Below, piece by piece: positions 10,051 to 18,261 of a DNA stretch of 38,494 nt. The translations under genes and the position numbers were made by a program. How positions within the stretch are numbered: position 1 is the first letter of the stretch; the number at the start of each line of letters is the position of its first letter. The notes beneath the pieces are model-generated. The model did not search any database and had not been told where the DNA came from. It saw only the letters and a program-made list of their open reading frames with translations. Origin of the DNA: a virus (taxonomy: Duplodnaviria; Caudoviricetes); IMG/VR virus record IMGVR_UViG_3300020045_002572, positions 1-38,494 of that record; one strand, written 5' to 3'.

Positions 10051-10443
10051 ATGAAACTACTACTAAAAAGAATACACAAAACAAATAATTCAACAATTGG
10101 AGAGTTATTTATTGATGGTAAATTTGAATGCTATGTACTTGAAGATATTGAAAGAGAAGTAAAAGTACATTCTAAAACCGCAATACCTAAAGGAACGTAT
10201 GAGGTTGTAATTACGATGTCAAACAGGTTTAAGATAAACTTACCTTTGCTTTTAAAAGTACCTAACTTTGAGGGTATTAGAATACACGCTGGCAACACTG
10301 CAAAAGACACAGAAGGTTGTTTATTATTAGGACAAACAAGAGGTGTAGATTTTGTTGGTAATTCTAAAAAAGCAATGTTTAATTTTATGCCTAAATTAAG
10401 AGAGGGTTTAAAAAAAGGAAAAGTTTTTATTACGATTGAATAA
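10051..10443 (+). CDS. DUF5675-family protein, putative endolysin
   Basis: TIGEL...CYVLED...AIPKGTY...IRIHAGN...DTEGCLLLG motifs; follows holin-like genes. Confidence 0.8.
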   Translation: MKLLLKRIHKTNNSTIGELFIDGKFECYVLEDIEREVKVHSKTAIPKGTYEVVITMSNRFKINLPLLLKVPNFEGIRIHAGNTAKDTEGCLLLGQTRGVDFVGNSKKAMFNFMPKLREGLKKGKVFITIE

Positions 10444-10451
10444 TAAATTAT

Positions 10452-10526
10452 TATATTTGCGTAGGTCTTACAATAAATAGCTTATTACTGGAAAAACACA
10501 ACCACTTCTAACGAGGTGGTTTTTTT
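10452..10526 (+). ncRNA. Candidate ~65-nt small RNA (promoter to terminator, no ORF)
   Basis: TATATTTG at 10452-59, followed 40 nt later by a terminator hairpin. Confidence 0.45.
10500..10526 (+). terminator. Intrinsic terminator
   Basis: AACCACTT-ctaacg-AGGTGGTT followed by a T-run. Confidence 0.8.
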
Positions 10527-10587
10527 ATTTATAATCATTCTAAATTTCTATTACGTGTTGTAGGTGTTATTTTTATCGTTAATTTTG
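10527..10587 (+). promoter_or_regulatory. 19-bp palindromic box plus -33/-7 promoter
   Basis: ATTTATAATCATTCTAAAT (10527-45), 11 bp, GTTG (10557-60), 19 bp, TAATTTTG (10580-87). Confidence 0.7.
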
Positions 10588-10612
10588 TTATTATTAATTT
10601 AAATAGAAAGTT

Positions 10613-10981
10613 ATGCGAGAAATAAAATTTAGAGCCTATTGCGACATAGGAGAGGAAAGTAAAATGTTGTATTTTACTGAAGGCAAATATGACAATGGTT
10701 TATGGTTTGAACATACTTCAAATCATATAGACGAGTATTTAAGTCCATTAATGCAATTCACAGGTTTAAAAGATAAAAACGGAAAAGAAATTTATGAGGG
10801 AGATATTTTAAAAATTAATCTTTATGATGATTATGAATGGAAAACAAAAGTAAGATTTGAATATAGTGCGTTTTGTATTGATGTTGAAGGTCAAGAATTC
10901 AATGTTACTACATTAGGATTTTTAGACGATGAAGCAATAGTTGAAATTATTGGAAACATTTACGAAAACCCTAACCTATGA
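10613..10981 (+). CDS. YopX-family protein
   Basis: MREIKFRA...MQFTGLKDKNGKEIYEGDI...EIIGNIYENP signature. Confidence 0.93.
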   Translation: MREIKFRAYCDIGEESKMLYFTEGKYDNGLWFEHTSNHIDEYLSPLMQFTGLKDKNGKEIYEGDILKINLYDDYEWKTKVRFEYSAFCIDVEGQEFNVTTLGFLDDEAIVEIIGNIYENPNL

Positions 10982-11091
10982 CACCCGAATTACGCACCGA
11001 GTTAATTTCGTTTTTACAACTACTACAAACGAAATTTTTAAAACCTAAAGCAGAAGAACTAATTAAAAAAATAGAGGATGAAAGCAAGTGA
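10978..11091 (+). CDS. 37-aa hypothetical protein, not in ORF track
   Basis: ATGA overlap with YopX; MTPELRTELISF...DESK. Confidence 0.5.
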   Translation: MTPELRTELISFLQLLQTKFLKPKAEELIKKIEDESK

Positions 11092-11239
11092 AATTAAAAG
11101 CCTTCCAGAAGTTTTTGAAAATATTCACGAAAGTTGTTTTAAAAGCTATCATATTTTAAATAAAGTTTTAGAAATGATTGAGCGAGGCGATAGTAAAAAA
11201 ACAATATTTGAATTTGTTGAACACTTAAAAGATAAATAG
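11078..11239 (+). CDS. 53-aa hypothetical protein, not in ORF track
   Basis: MKASEIKSLPEVFENIHESCF...; fills the gap between neighbouring genes. Confidence 0.55.
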   Translation: MKASEIKSLPEVFENIHESCFKSYHILNKVLEMIERGDSKKTIFEFVEHLKDK

Positions 11240-11241
11240 AT

Positions 11242-11553
11242 ATGTTACAAGGAAAAGCAAAAGAGGAGTTCGAGAAGTGGTTGAAAAAGCAACCATTTGT
11301 GTATTTTAATAAGTACACAAAATCAATAATTATTCACAACAGAGATTGGTCTGAATTAAATCAATGTTTCATAAACTCACTTATTATAGATTGGTTTGAT
11401 AGTGTTGGGATTTATGTAAACGCTTTAAGGTATGGTTTAAAATGGAAACCACTTTGTGAAAATGTAATAGAACTTACTTTTAGCACAAGAAAAAGCGCTT
11501 TGAATTTTGCAATCACAAAGGCAGTAGAAATTTTTAATAAATTAAATGAATAA
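11242..11553 (+). CDS. Hypothetical phage protein
   Basis: Tightly packed ORF in a small-gene cluster. Confidence 0.7.
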   Translation: MLQGKAKEEFEKWLKKQPFVYFNKYTKSIIIHNRDWSELNQCFINSLIIDWFDSVGIYVNALRYGLKWKPLCENVIELTFSTRKSALNFAITKAVEIFNKLNE

Positions 11554-11555
11554 TT

Positions 11556-11972
11556 ATGAGCGAATTTAAAGGAACTAAAGTAAATGTATTTGCGTTACAA
11601 TATGGTGGAGTTATTGTTCTGCAAGATGAAGATTTCTACCAATCTAATCACATTTTAAATATTGATGATTTAGGAGAAGAAGTAGTAAAGGCAAATGTTG
11701 ATTTAATAATTGACGCTTTCAAAGTACGTCAACAAATCAACTGCGAGTTATCTGAATTGAAAGAGCAACGAGATGAGATGTTGGAGATGTTGGAATCTCA
11801 ATTAACCTTATGCAATAGTATGTTAAAAATACAAGGCTTATGGCTTCCAAAAGGTTTTATAAATGAAGAATTTTCATCAGAATATATAGCTTTATGTTCG
11901 ATGTTAAATAGTTTAGAAGAAAATAAAGAGTTTTTACAACAACTAATCAAAAAAGTAAAAGACAATGAATAA
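11556..11972 (+). CDS. Hypothetical phage protein
   Basis: Tightly packed ORF; MSEFKGTK start and helical C-terminus. Confidence 0.7.
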   Translation: MSEFKGTKVNVFALQYGGVIVLQDEDFYQSNHILNIDDLGEEVVKANVDLIIDAFKVRQQINCELSELKEQRDEMLEMLESQLTLCNSMLKIQGLWLPKGFINEEFSSEYIALCSMLNSLEENKEFLQQLIKKVKDNE

Positions 11973-12186
11973 GTTAAGACAGAAGTTAGAAAAGTTACAT
12001 GATAACGCTCAAACTAAAGATAGATTTTTAAATGATTTAGAACAAATAACAGACGATTTTACTTGTCAGTTTTTAATTTGGATAGCAACAGATAATAATG
12101 TACCTATCATAAAAGAGGGTGTAACAATAGAACAACACGCAACCGAACTACAACAATATTTTAAAGAGAATGTTTACAACAAATAA
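11965..12186 (+). CDS. Hypothetical phage protein
   Basis: Overlapping start, packed ORF. Confidence 0.65.
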   Translation: MNKLRQKLEKLHDNAQTKDRFLNDLEQITDDFTCQFLIWIATDNNVPIIKEGVTIEQHATELQQYFKENVYNK

Positions 12187-12197
12187 AAATTAAGATT

Positions 12198-12476
12198 ATG
12201 GAAGAACAAAAAATACCTTATCCTTTTACTTTAATAATGGATAGATACGGAGGTACTTATAGCGGGGGTAAATTTTTAGCTATGAACCAATTTTACGACG
12301 AAATAGATACAAGTATTGGAAGTTGTGATTCAGAAGAAATGATTTTTTGGAATGAATTTAAACAAGGAGAGCCAATTGGATTTTTAAGAGATAAAATGTA
12401 TATTGGAAAAGGTAATACACCACAAGAGGCAATTAATGATTTAATAAATCTAATAAATAACAAAAATGAAAACTAA
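12198..12476 (+). CDS. Hypothetical phage protein
   Basis: YPFTLIMDRYGGTYSGG...GKGNTPQEA; AT-rich ATTATG start context. Confidence 0.7.
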   Translation: MEEQKIPYPFTLIMDRYGGTYSGGKFLAMNQFYDEIDTSIGSCDSEEMIFWNEFKQGEPIGFLRDKMYIGKGNTPQEAINDLINLINNKNEN

Positions 12477-13023
12477 ACTAATTATCCTATCCGCACTTTT
12501 ATTAATAGGGTGCGGAACAAGAAAAACCGAGTTAACCAAAACCGATGTAACGAGTAAAGAGGTTACTACTGAAAAAACAACTGAAAAAGAAACAACTGAA
12601 ACAAAGGTTGATACCAATATTAAAGAGGTTATCGAAACAAAAGTAGATACCGAAAAGAATGTTGTTACCGAAACTAAAACAATCAAACCTATTGACGCTA
12701 CTAAAAAAAGTATTTATAAAGGTTTTGAATTTGAAAACGCTGAAATAAACGAAACGAAAACAACCGATTTAAGCAAAGAAAAAAAAGTATCTATACAAGA
12801 ATATAATAAAGCGGTAGATTTTGCAGAAAAATCAGTTAAAATGGTTAATAAGCTATTTAAAGAGAATAAAGAACTAAAAGCAAAACTTAAAGATAAAGCA
12901 ACCCAAAGCGATAAAGGTAATTTTTGGAATTGGATTATTTTAATACTGATTATTATTGCATTTAGTTATTGTTTTTGGTGGAGTAGAAAAATTGTTAGAG
13001 ATAAAGAAAAATTAAATTTGTAG
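12466..13023 (+). CDS. Lipoprotein with C-terminal TM helix, putative unimolecular spanin
   Basis: Signal peptide with lipobox LLIG/C, Thr/Lys/Glu-rich linker, TM segment WIILILIIIAFSYCFWW followed by a basic tail. Confidence 0.7.
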   Translation: MKTKLIILSALLLIGCGTRKTELTKTDVTSKEVTTEKTTEKETTETKVDTNIKEVIETKVDTEKNVVTETKTIKPIDATKKSIYKGFEFENAEINETKTTDLSKEKKVSIQEYNKAVDFAEKSVKMVNKLFKENKELKAKLKDKATQSDKGNFWNWIILILIIIAFSYCFWWSRKIVRDKEKLNL

Positions 13024-13027
13024 AATT

Positions 13028-13216
13028 ATGACACCAGATGACCAAATAGAACAAGGGTTAAAAATTCAAAAGGATTTTGAAATATGGATTGAAAATAAAA
13101 AATGGATATACATTGTTCCTTTAAAAATATTTATGCATAAAAATAAAGAAATTTATAAAACCTATGAAGAACTGAAAGAAATGTATCTTAATGAAATATT
13201 CACCAAAGCATCTTAA
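13028..13216 (+). CDS. Hypothetical protein
   Basis: Short ORF ending inside the terminator. Confidence 0.55.
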   Translation: MTPDDQIEQGLKIQKDFEIWIENKKWIYIVPLKIFMHKNKEIYKTYEELKEMYLNEIFTKAS

Positions 13217-13230
13217 CCGATGCTTTTTTT
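13205..13230 (+). terminator. Intrinsic terminator
   Basis: AAAGCATC-ttaacc-GATGCTTT followed by a T-run. Confidence 0.85.
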
Positions 13231-13240
13231 GTGCGTTGTT

Positions 13241-13301
13241 ATTTAGAATGATTTTAAATTACTTTGAAAGTTTGGTATATTCAAAATATGTAGTATATTT
13301 G
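13241..13301 (+). promoter_or_regulatory. 19-bp palindromic box plus consensus -33/-7 promoter
   Basis: ATTTAGAATGATTTTAAAT (13241-59), 11 bp, TTTG (13271-74), 19 bp, TATATTTG (13294-301). Confidence 0.85.
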
Positions 13302-13328
13302 CTAAACAATTTAAAACAAATAGAAAAT

Positions 13329-13625
13329 ATGAAAGCAAAACAAATTCATTTAGACGAAACAACTATCGAGATTTTAACAATCGACGCTATTAAAAACAAA
13401 AGCACATTTAAAATCCACGCTCAAGCAATTTTAACAACATTTGCATCAAGATTAATTCACAATCAAAAGCAATATTCAGAAATTGAATCCAACGCAAAAC
13501 TAATAGCATCAGCACCTGAAATGTTTGAAATGTTGAAACGAATTGAAAACACTAAAGGAGATATAGCTGTAAACGATGCTATTTGGATTGAAATGCAACA
13601 ACTACTAACTAAAATAACAGAGTAA
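13329..13625 (+). CDS. Hypothetical early protein, possibly with a small DNA-binding N-terminus (true start likely 13329)
   Basis: ATG downstream of the promoter; MKAKQIHLDETTIEIL resembles ribbon-helix-helix proteins; NAKLIASAPEM is a common phage motif. Confidence 0.6.
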   Translation: MKAKQIHLDETTIEILTIDAIKNKSTFKIHAQAILTTFASRLIHNQKQYSEIESNAKLIASAPEMFEMLKRIENTKGDIAVNDAIWIEMQQLLTKITE

Positions 13626-13867
13626 TGAAAACAATATTTAACGTTTATGTGGTTATGGATAGTCAAGCTACTTGCGACAGAATGAAACAAATTTGTGTTG
13701 ATAATGGGTTGCCGATTTGGGATAATTATATATATTTTAACGAAGTTTACCCTCATTTTGGATATAACGCAGGTATTTTTGACACTTGGTATTTTGAAAA
13801 CAAAACCCAAGTAACCGAAACCGAATTTTTACAACTTTTAAAAGAGTATAACAATGAAAGACTTTAA
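13625..13867 (+). CDS. Hypothetical phage protein
   Basis: TAATG coupling. Confidence 0.7.
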   Translation: MKTIFNVYVVMDSQATCDRMKQICVDNGLPIWDNYIYFNEVYPHFGYNAGIFDTWYFENKTQVTETEFLQLLKEYNNERL

Positions 13868-14162
13868 CACCGCAATAGCAAACGCAAAACTAGAATATAT
13901 TTCAGATATTGAATGGTCTTATAGATTTGAAAATCAATTTATCTGTGTTGACTTCTACAAAGATGAAACAGGAATTAACCACGTTGAGGAATTTTGTATT
14001 AATAATAAAGGCTTATGGGTTTCAGTAATCCCAACAGATGAGCAACTTAAAACAATGTGGAAAATCTTAAACGATACGCCTTATAGAGAAAACGAAGTAG
14101 AAGATTACGGAACAAATAACGATGCAGAAAGCGACCCTTATTATGGAATATACGGAATATAA
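13854..14162 (+). CDS. Hypothetical acidic phage protein
   Basis: Packed ORF. Confidence 0.7.
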   Translation: MKDFNTAIANAKLEYISDIEWSYRFENQFICVDFYKDETGINHVEEFCINNKGLWVSVIPTDEQLKTMWKILNDTPYRENEVEDYGTNNDAESDPYYGIYGI

Positions 14163-14289
14163 ACCCACAGACAAAGAAATACTAAATTTCATTAACAAAC
14201 CCTCAATTAATAGGATTAGTTTAGTAAGCCCTATTTTAAAACAAACAATAATTGAAATATTAAAAAATAAAGAAAATGGAAAAATTTAG
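14143..14289 (+). CDS. 48-aa hypothetical protein, not in ORF track
   Basis: MEYTEYKPTDKEILNF...ENGKI; fills the gap exactly. Confidence 0.5.
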   Translation: MEYTEYKPTDKEILNFINKPSINRISLVSPILKQTIIEILKNKENGKI

Positions 14290-14530
14290 AGTATCAGGAA
14301 TAAATATTGAAAAGTTAGAGGTTATAAAAGAAACTGAAAAACAAATTGTTTATATAAATTCTTACAAAAAAGAATGTAGAGAAAATAAAATATCACAATG
14401 GAGCATTTGGTTTGGAACTTTTGAAGAGGCAAAAACACATTTAATTGAAAAATGGACATTAAGAGTAGAATATGAAGAAAAAGAATTACAAAATGCAAAA
14501 GAAAATTTAATTAAAGTAATAGAATTATGA
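14276..14530 (+). CDS. Hypothetical phage protein
   Basis: IEKLEVIKETEKQIV...FGTFEEAK pattern; packed ORF. Confidence 0.7.
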   Translation: MEKFRVSGINIEKLEVIKETEKQIVYINSYKKECRENKISQWSIWFGTFEEAKTHLIEKWTLRVEYEEKELQNAKENLIKVIEL

Positions 14531-14580
14531 AAACAAAAATAAACGAATGGGTAAAAGAATGCGAAGCTTTTGATAATTAA
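14527..14580 (+). pseudogene. 17-codon orphaned N-terminus homologous to the start of ORF 15482
   Basis: MKTKINEWVKECEAFDN* vs MKQEINNWAKTCTEF: 8 of the first 15 residues identical, ungapped. Confidence 0.7.
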
Positions 14581-14599
14581 AATAAAAATTGTATATTTG
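14569..14599 (+). promoter_or_regulatory. Consensus -33/-7 promoter for the GIY-YIG cassette
   Basis: TTTG (14569-72), 19 bp, TATATTTG (14592-99). Confidence 0.8.
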
Positions 14600-14602
14600 C
14601 TA

Positions 14603-14700
14603 TAACGTTACAGCATCTCAATTAAAGTAACAAATAAAACATTATAGCCTATTATACAAGAAACGAGTTGAGATGCGTTTTGAGTATGGTAGGTTTTTTA
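14603..14700 (+). ncRNA. Kissing-loop leader RNA upstream of GIY-YIG gene
   Basis: Hairpin GTTAC/GTAAC has loop GCATCTCAA (14613-21). Hairpin AGCCTATTATAC/GTATGGTAGGTT has apical TTGAGATGC (14668-76), the exact complement. T-run follows. Confidence 0.65.
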
Positions 14701-14705
14701 TTTTT

Positions 14706-15470
14706 ATGATAGGAATATATAAAATAACTTCTCCAACAAATAAAATTTATATTGGTCAAAGTATTAATATAGAAAAACGTTTTTTAGATTATAAGAAATT
14801 AAGATGTAAATCTCAAATAGCTTTATATAATTCTTTTATAAAACACGGAATTGAAAATCATATTTTTGAAATTATTGAAGAGTGTAAAATAGAACTATTA
14901 AATGAACGTGAAAGATTTTATCAAGATTTTTATAATGTTTTAGAGATAGGTTTGAACTGTAAACTAACTAATACCAAAGATAAAAACGGTTGTCATAATG
15001 AAAGTACTAAAATTAAAATAAAAAATTCATTAATTGGTAAAAAAAGAGATGCAAACATTGGTATTAAAATAAGCTTAAAACTAAAAGGCAGAAAAAGAAC
15101 TAAAGAGGCAATAGCAAAATCAGTATTAAGTAATAAAGGTTATAAACATTCTGAGGAAACTAAAAATAAAATTAGACTATCTAATAAAAATAAAATTGGC
15201 AAAAGAGGCGCAGAGCATTATAATTATGGTAAAAGACTATCAGAAGAGCAAAAAGAAAAAATCAGAATTACAAGCAGATTAAGGACAATAAGTAAAGAGG
15301 TTAGAAAAAAAATATCATTAAATTCAACTTTTAGAAAAATTGTTTTAGATACTGAAAGTGGTATATTCTATTATTCAATAAAAGAAGTTGAAATAGCTTT
15401 TAATTTAAACCATTTAGGCAGATGCTTAAATGGAACAAGAAAAAATAAAACAAAATTTATATTAATTTAA
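14706..15470 (+). CDS. GIY-YIG homing endonuclease with NUMOD3-like repeats (true start likely 14706)
   Basis: MIGIYKIT...IYIGQS...R...ERE...GLN catalytic motifs; HSEETKNKI and LSEEQKEKI repeats. Confidence 0.93.
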   Translation: MIGIYKITSPTNKIYIGQSINIEKRFLDYKKLRCKSQIALYNSFIKHGIENHIFEIIEECKIELLNERERFYQDFYNVLEIGLNCKLTNTKDKNGCHNESTKIKIKNSLIGKKRDANIGIKISLKLKGRKRTKEAIAKSVLSNKGYKHSEETKNKIRLSNKNKIGKRGAEHYNYGKRLSEEQKEKIRITSRLRTISKEVRKKISLNSTFRKIVLDTESGIFYYSIKEVEIAFNLNHLGRCLNGTRKNKTKFILI

Positions 15471-15481
15471 TATTTTTTAAA

Positions 15482-15694
15482 ATGAAACAAGAAATAAATA
15501 ATTGGGCAAAAACTTGTACAGAATTTCAACAATGGTTCGCTAATTTAGGCGGTAACATTGCAAATGATGAACAAATGAGTGAGGCATTTAGACGCATTGA
15601 GGCAAAAAAAGTAAGTGATAACAAACTTTATGACTTATTAGAAAACGACAGAGCAAACAACATCGAAGTAGTAGAACCATTAATAGTAAAATAA
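15482..15694 (+). CDS. Hypothetical phage protein
   Basis: ORF after the GIY-YIG gene; its N-terminus is duplicated at 14527. Confidence 0.7.
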   Translation: MKQEINNWAKTCTEFQQWFANLGGNIANDEQMSEAFRRIEAKKVSDNKLYDLLENDRANNIEVVEPLIVK

Positions 15695-15695
15695 G

Positions 15696-15926
15696 ATGAA
15701 AGATATTATAAAAAAAACAGAAGAATATTTTAAAAATGTTGAAAAAGTAATAGCGATTAACACCGACACAGAAATAACGTTAACAACTAAAAAATTTGTT
15801 TACGACAAAATATTAAATTGCGTTAATGAAGTTTCTGAAAACGGAAGTTTATTAATTACAAAAAATGACTTTCATTGCGTGTATAATAAAGGGAAATTTG
15901 CTAAAATAACTAAAACATTAAAATAA
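15696..15926 (+). CDS. Hypothetical protein (shares motifs with the next ORF)
   Basis: EYFKNVEKV...VYNKGKFAKI. Confidence 0.7.
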   Translation: MKDIIKKTEEYFKNVEKVIAINTDTEITLTTKKFVYDKILNCVNEVSENGSLLITKNDFHCVYNKGKFAKITKTLK

Positions 15927-15927
15927 G

Positions 15928-16698
15928 ATGAAAACACCAACATTAGAAGAAGTTAAAGCATATTTTAAAGATGCTAAAGAGGTGGACGACAATATAAATA
16001 TATGTATAATAGATATAGAAACAATAAGGTATGACAAATATGTAGAAGATGTAATTGTTTGTAATAGTGATTGTGAATTAAGCGGATTGACAACTTTATA
16101 TAATAGTAACGGTTACGCTAAAATAATATCCTACAAATCAAACATCGACCTTTCAAAACTAACACCCGATTTAATAACAGAACTTTGCAAAGATGACAAC
16201 GTTAAAGAAATTTTGATTAATAACGGAGTGGTTAAAAATGAGTTGGAAATTGGGAAGTGGTATAAACATTATGTAGATTATTACAATACTGATGTTTTGT
16301 TTTGTTTTAATGGTAAATACGAAATAAAAGGAGATAAGTCTTATCCTTGTGGAGTTGGATTTAATACAGATGGAAAATATATTGATGACGAGAGAGGTTG
16401 GACTGATTTAAGAAACATTATTTTAGCCACCCCCCAAGAAGTAGGAACTGCTTTGATAAATCATTGGAAAAGTAAAAATAAACCATTTAAACATTATTGT
16501 TTTGACTTTAAACAAAACAGATTAATTGGATGGAATAGCGATACAGACGAAAGACTTGAATTGTTTAATAATGGTAAATGGCTTGACTGCTCTTTAAAAC
16601 AAGAAACCTACATTAAAATCCCTTTATCTGAAATCAAGTCAACCAAAAGCGATGAGGAATTATTAGCATTGGTTAGAAGTATAGCAAGTAATTATTAG
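15928..16698 (+). CDS. Hypothetical multi-domain phage protein
   Basis: AYFKDAKEV...LYNSNGYAKI N-domain; LEIGKWYK and LATPQEV motifs. Confidence 0.75.
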   Translation: MKTPTLEEVKAYFKDAKEVDDNINICIIDIETIRYDKYVEDVIVCNSDCELSGLTTLYNSNGYAKIISYKSNIDLSKLTPDLITELCKDDNVKEILINNGVVKNELEIGKWYKHYVDYYNTDVLFCFNGKYEIKGDKSYPCGVGFNTDGKYIDDERGWTDLRNIILATPQEVGTALINHWKSKNKPFKHYCFDFKQNRLIGWNSDTDERLELFNNGKWLDCSLKQETYIKIPLSEIKSTKSDEELLALVRSIASNY

Positions 16699-16702
16699 GA
16701 GT

Positions 16703-16927
16703 ATGAAAAGTTTAAGAGAATGCGAAACCAAATTACAATTAACATCAAAAGGTTTGTTGTATAGATTAAAAAAGTTTGATATAATACCAACTAAATTAAA
16801 TGATGTTTTGTATATTACAGAAAGTCAATTCGATAAAATAAACTACCCTAATCACAATATTAAAGAAGTAATATACGTTACACAAACCTATTGGATAATC
16901 GAAAGCAAAATGAATTATGAGATTTAA
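16703..16927 (+). CDS. Small HTH-like DNA-binding protein
   Basis: SLRECETKLQLTSKGLLYRLKK helix-turn-helix-like pattern. Confidence 0.55.
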   Translation: MKSLRECETKLQLTSKGLLYRLKKFDIIPTKLNDVLYITESQFDKINYPNHNIKEVIYVTQTYWIIESKMNYEI

Positions 16928-17945
16928 AAAAGGAAATCAGTACGCAACGACATACAAAAAAGAGATAGTTTTAGATTTAATAGAATCAATGCCAAAAGCA
17001 TCAACAATGGCTTTAGCAAGGTTACTACTGAAAAACAACCCTTTAGACTTTAATAGTGTTGAACAATGCAGAACTGCAGTAAGACGTTACAGAGGCGAAA
17101 TGGGTAAATATAATTCGCCAGTTACAACGATAGGAACAAGAACAGAAACCGAAAAAAAACAATTTATGACAAGAAAATTTGATTTACCCGAAAGCGATTA
17201 TAGTAAAATCGAACCTTTTATAATTCCAAAAGGACAAAACAGAATATTAGTATTAAGTGATATTCACTTCCCTTATCAAGACAACGAGGCGTTAGAATTA
17301 GCTTTACAATTTGGATTAGATAATAAAGCTAATTGCGTTTATCTTAATGGTGATATTTTAGACTTTTACCAATGTAGTAGATTTACTAAAGACAGACGTT
17401 TACGAGATATGGCTGGCGAACTTGAAATGGGTAGGGCGTTTTTAAAGAAAATAAAAGAGTTGTTCAATTGTCCTATTTACTATAAAATCGGTAACCACGA
17501 AAAAAGATATGAAGATTATTTAATGATTAAAGCACCCGAACTTTTAGGAATTGATGACTTTAAACTTGAACAACTTTTGCGTTTTCGTGAGTTTGGCGTT
17601 ACTTTAGTAAAAGAAAAACAAATGTCTTTAGCTGGTAAACTACCAATTTTGCACGGACACGAATGGTTTGGTGGTTTTGCTCCACCAGTTAACCCAGCGA
17701 GAGGCTTGTTTTTAAAAGCAAAAGAAAGCGCATTAGTTGGACACCATCACAGAACGTCAGAGCATACCGAAAAAACTTTAGGCGGTAAAGTTGTAGCTTG
17801 TCATTCAACAGGTTGCTTATGTGGATTAGAGCCAGAATACGCTCCTTATAACAATTACAATCACGGATTTGCATTTGTACATATTTCAAAAAACGGAGAT
17901 TATGAGGTGCAAAATATTAAGATTATTAACTATAAAATAGTTTAG
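16917..17945 (+). CDS. Calcineurin-like metallophosphoesterase
   Basis: SDIH, GDILD, GNHE, HGH and GHHH motifs in canonical order. Confidence 0.92.
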   Translation: MRFKKGNQYATTYKKEIVLDLIESMPKASTMALARLLLKNNPLDFNSVEQCRTAVRRYRGEMGKYNSPVTTIGTRTETEKKQFMTRKFDLPESDYSKIEPFIIPKGQNRILVLSDIHFPYQDNEALELALQFGLDNKANCVYLNGDILDFYQCSRFTKDRRLRDMAGELEMGRAFLKKIKELFNCPIYYKIGNHEKRYEDYLMIKAPELLGIDDFKLEQLLRFREFGVTLVKEKQMSLAGKLPILHGHEWFGGFAPPVNPARGLFLKAKESALVGHHHRTSEHTEKTLGGKVVACHSTGCLCGLEPEYAPYNNYNHGFAFVHISKNGDYEVQNIKIINYKIV

Positions 17946-17947
17946 TT

Positions 17948-18097
17948 ATGACCATAGAAGAAATTAAAAAGAAAATGGAGCGACAATTAGCTAAAGGTCA
18001 AAATTGCGAAAAGACTAATGATACTTATAGAAAGTTGCTAAAAGACGCAAAACACTACGAAAATCAGTTTAAACCAAAAGATTACCAAAAAACGTAA
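17948..18097 (+). CDS. 49-aa basic hypothetical protein, not in ORF track
   Basis: MTIEEIKKKMERQLAKG...YQKT. Confidence 0.55.
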   Translation: MTIEEIKKKMERQLAKGQNCEKTNDTYRKLLKDAKHYENQFKPKDYQKT

Positions 18098-18139
18098 TAA
18101 ATAAATAAAAATATTCTTTTATATGTAATATATTTTAAT

Positions 18140-18245
18140 TAAATTTGTATAAGCGAACAAAGGTTAATAGTAGCTTGAATCCAAACCAGTAACCTTGAGA
18201 TAATATCAATACCCATTAAGCTCGTCTGTTAGGGATTCTTTTAAT
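18140..18245 (+). ncRNA. -7 promoter element plus structured leader RNA upstream of the second HNH gene
   Basis: TAAATTTG (18140-47); stem AAGGTTA/TAACCTT; loop AGCTTGA and GAATCC are complementary to downstream TTAAGCT (18216-22) and GGATTC (18233-38). Confidence 0.45.
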
Positions 18246-18261
18246 ATAAATTTAATTAAAT

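Noticed and set aside
12520-12780. Repeated ACCGA/GAAAC units as CRISPR or iteron array
   Set aside because: Irregular and explained by the Thr-Glu-Lys-rich coding sequence of the lipoprotein.
13191-13328. Track-predicted N-terminal extensions (13191, also 14673, 26288, 26805, 28090)
   Set aside because: They run through terminators, promoters or structured elements; downstream ATGs fit better.
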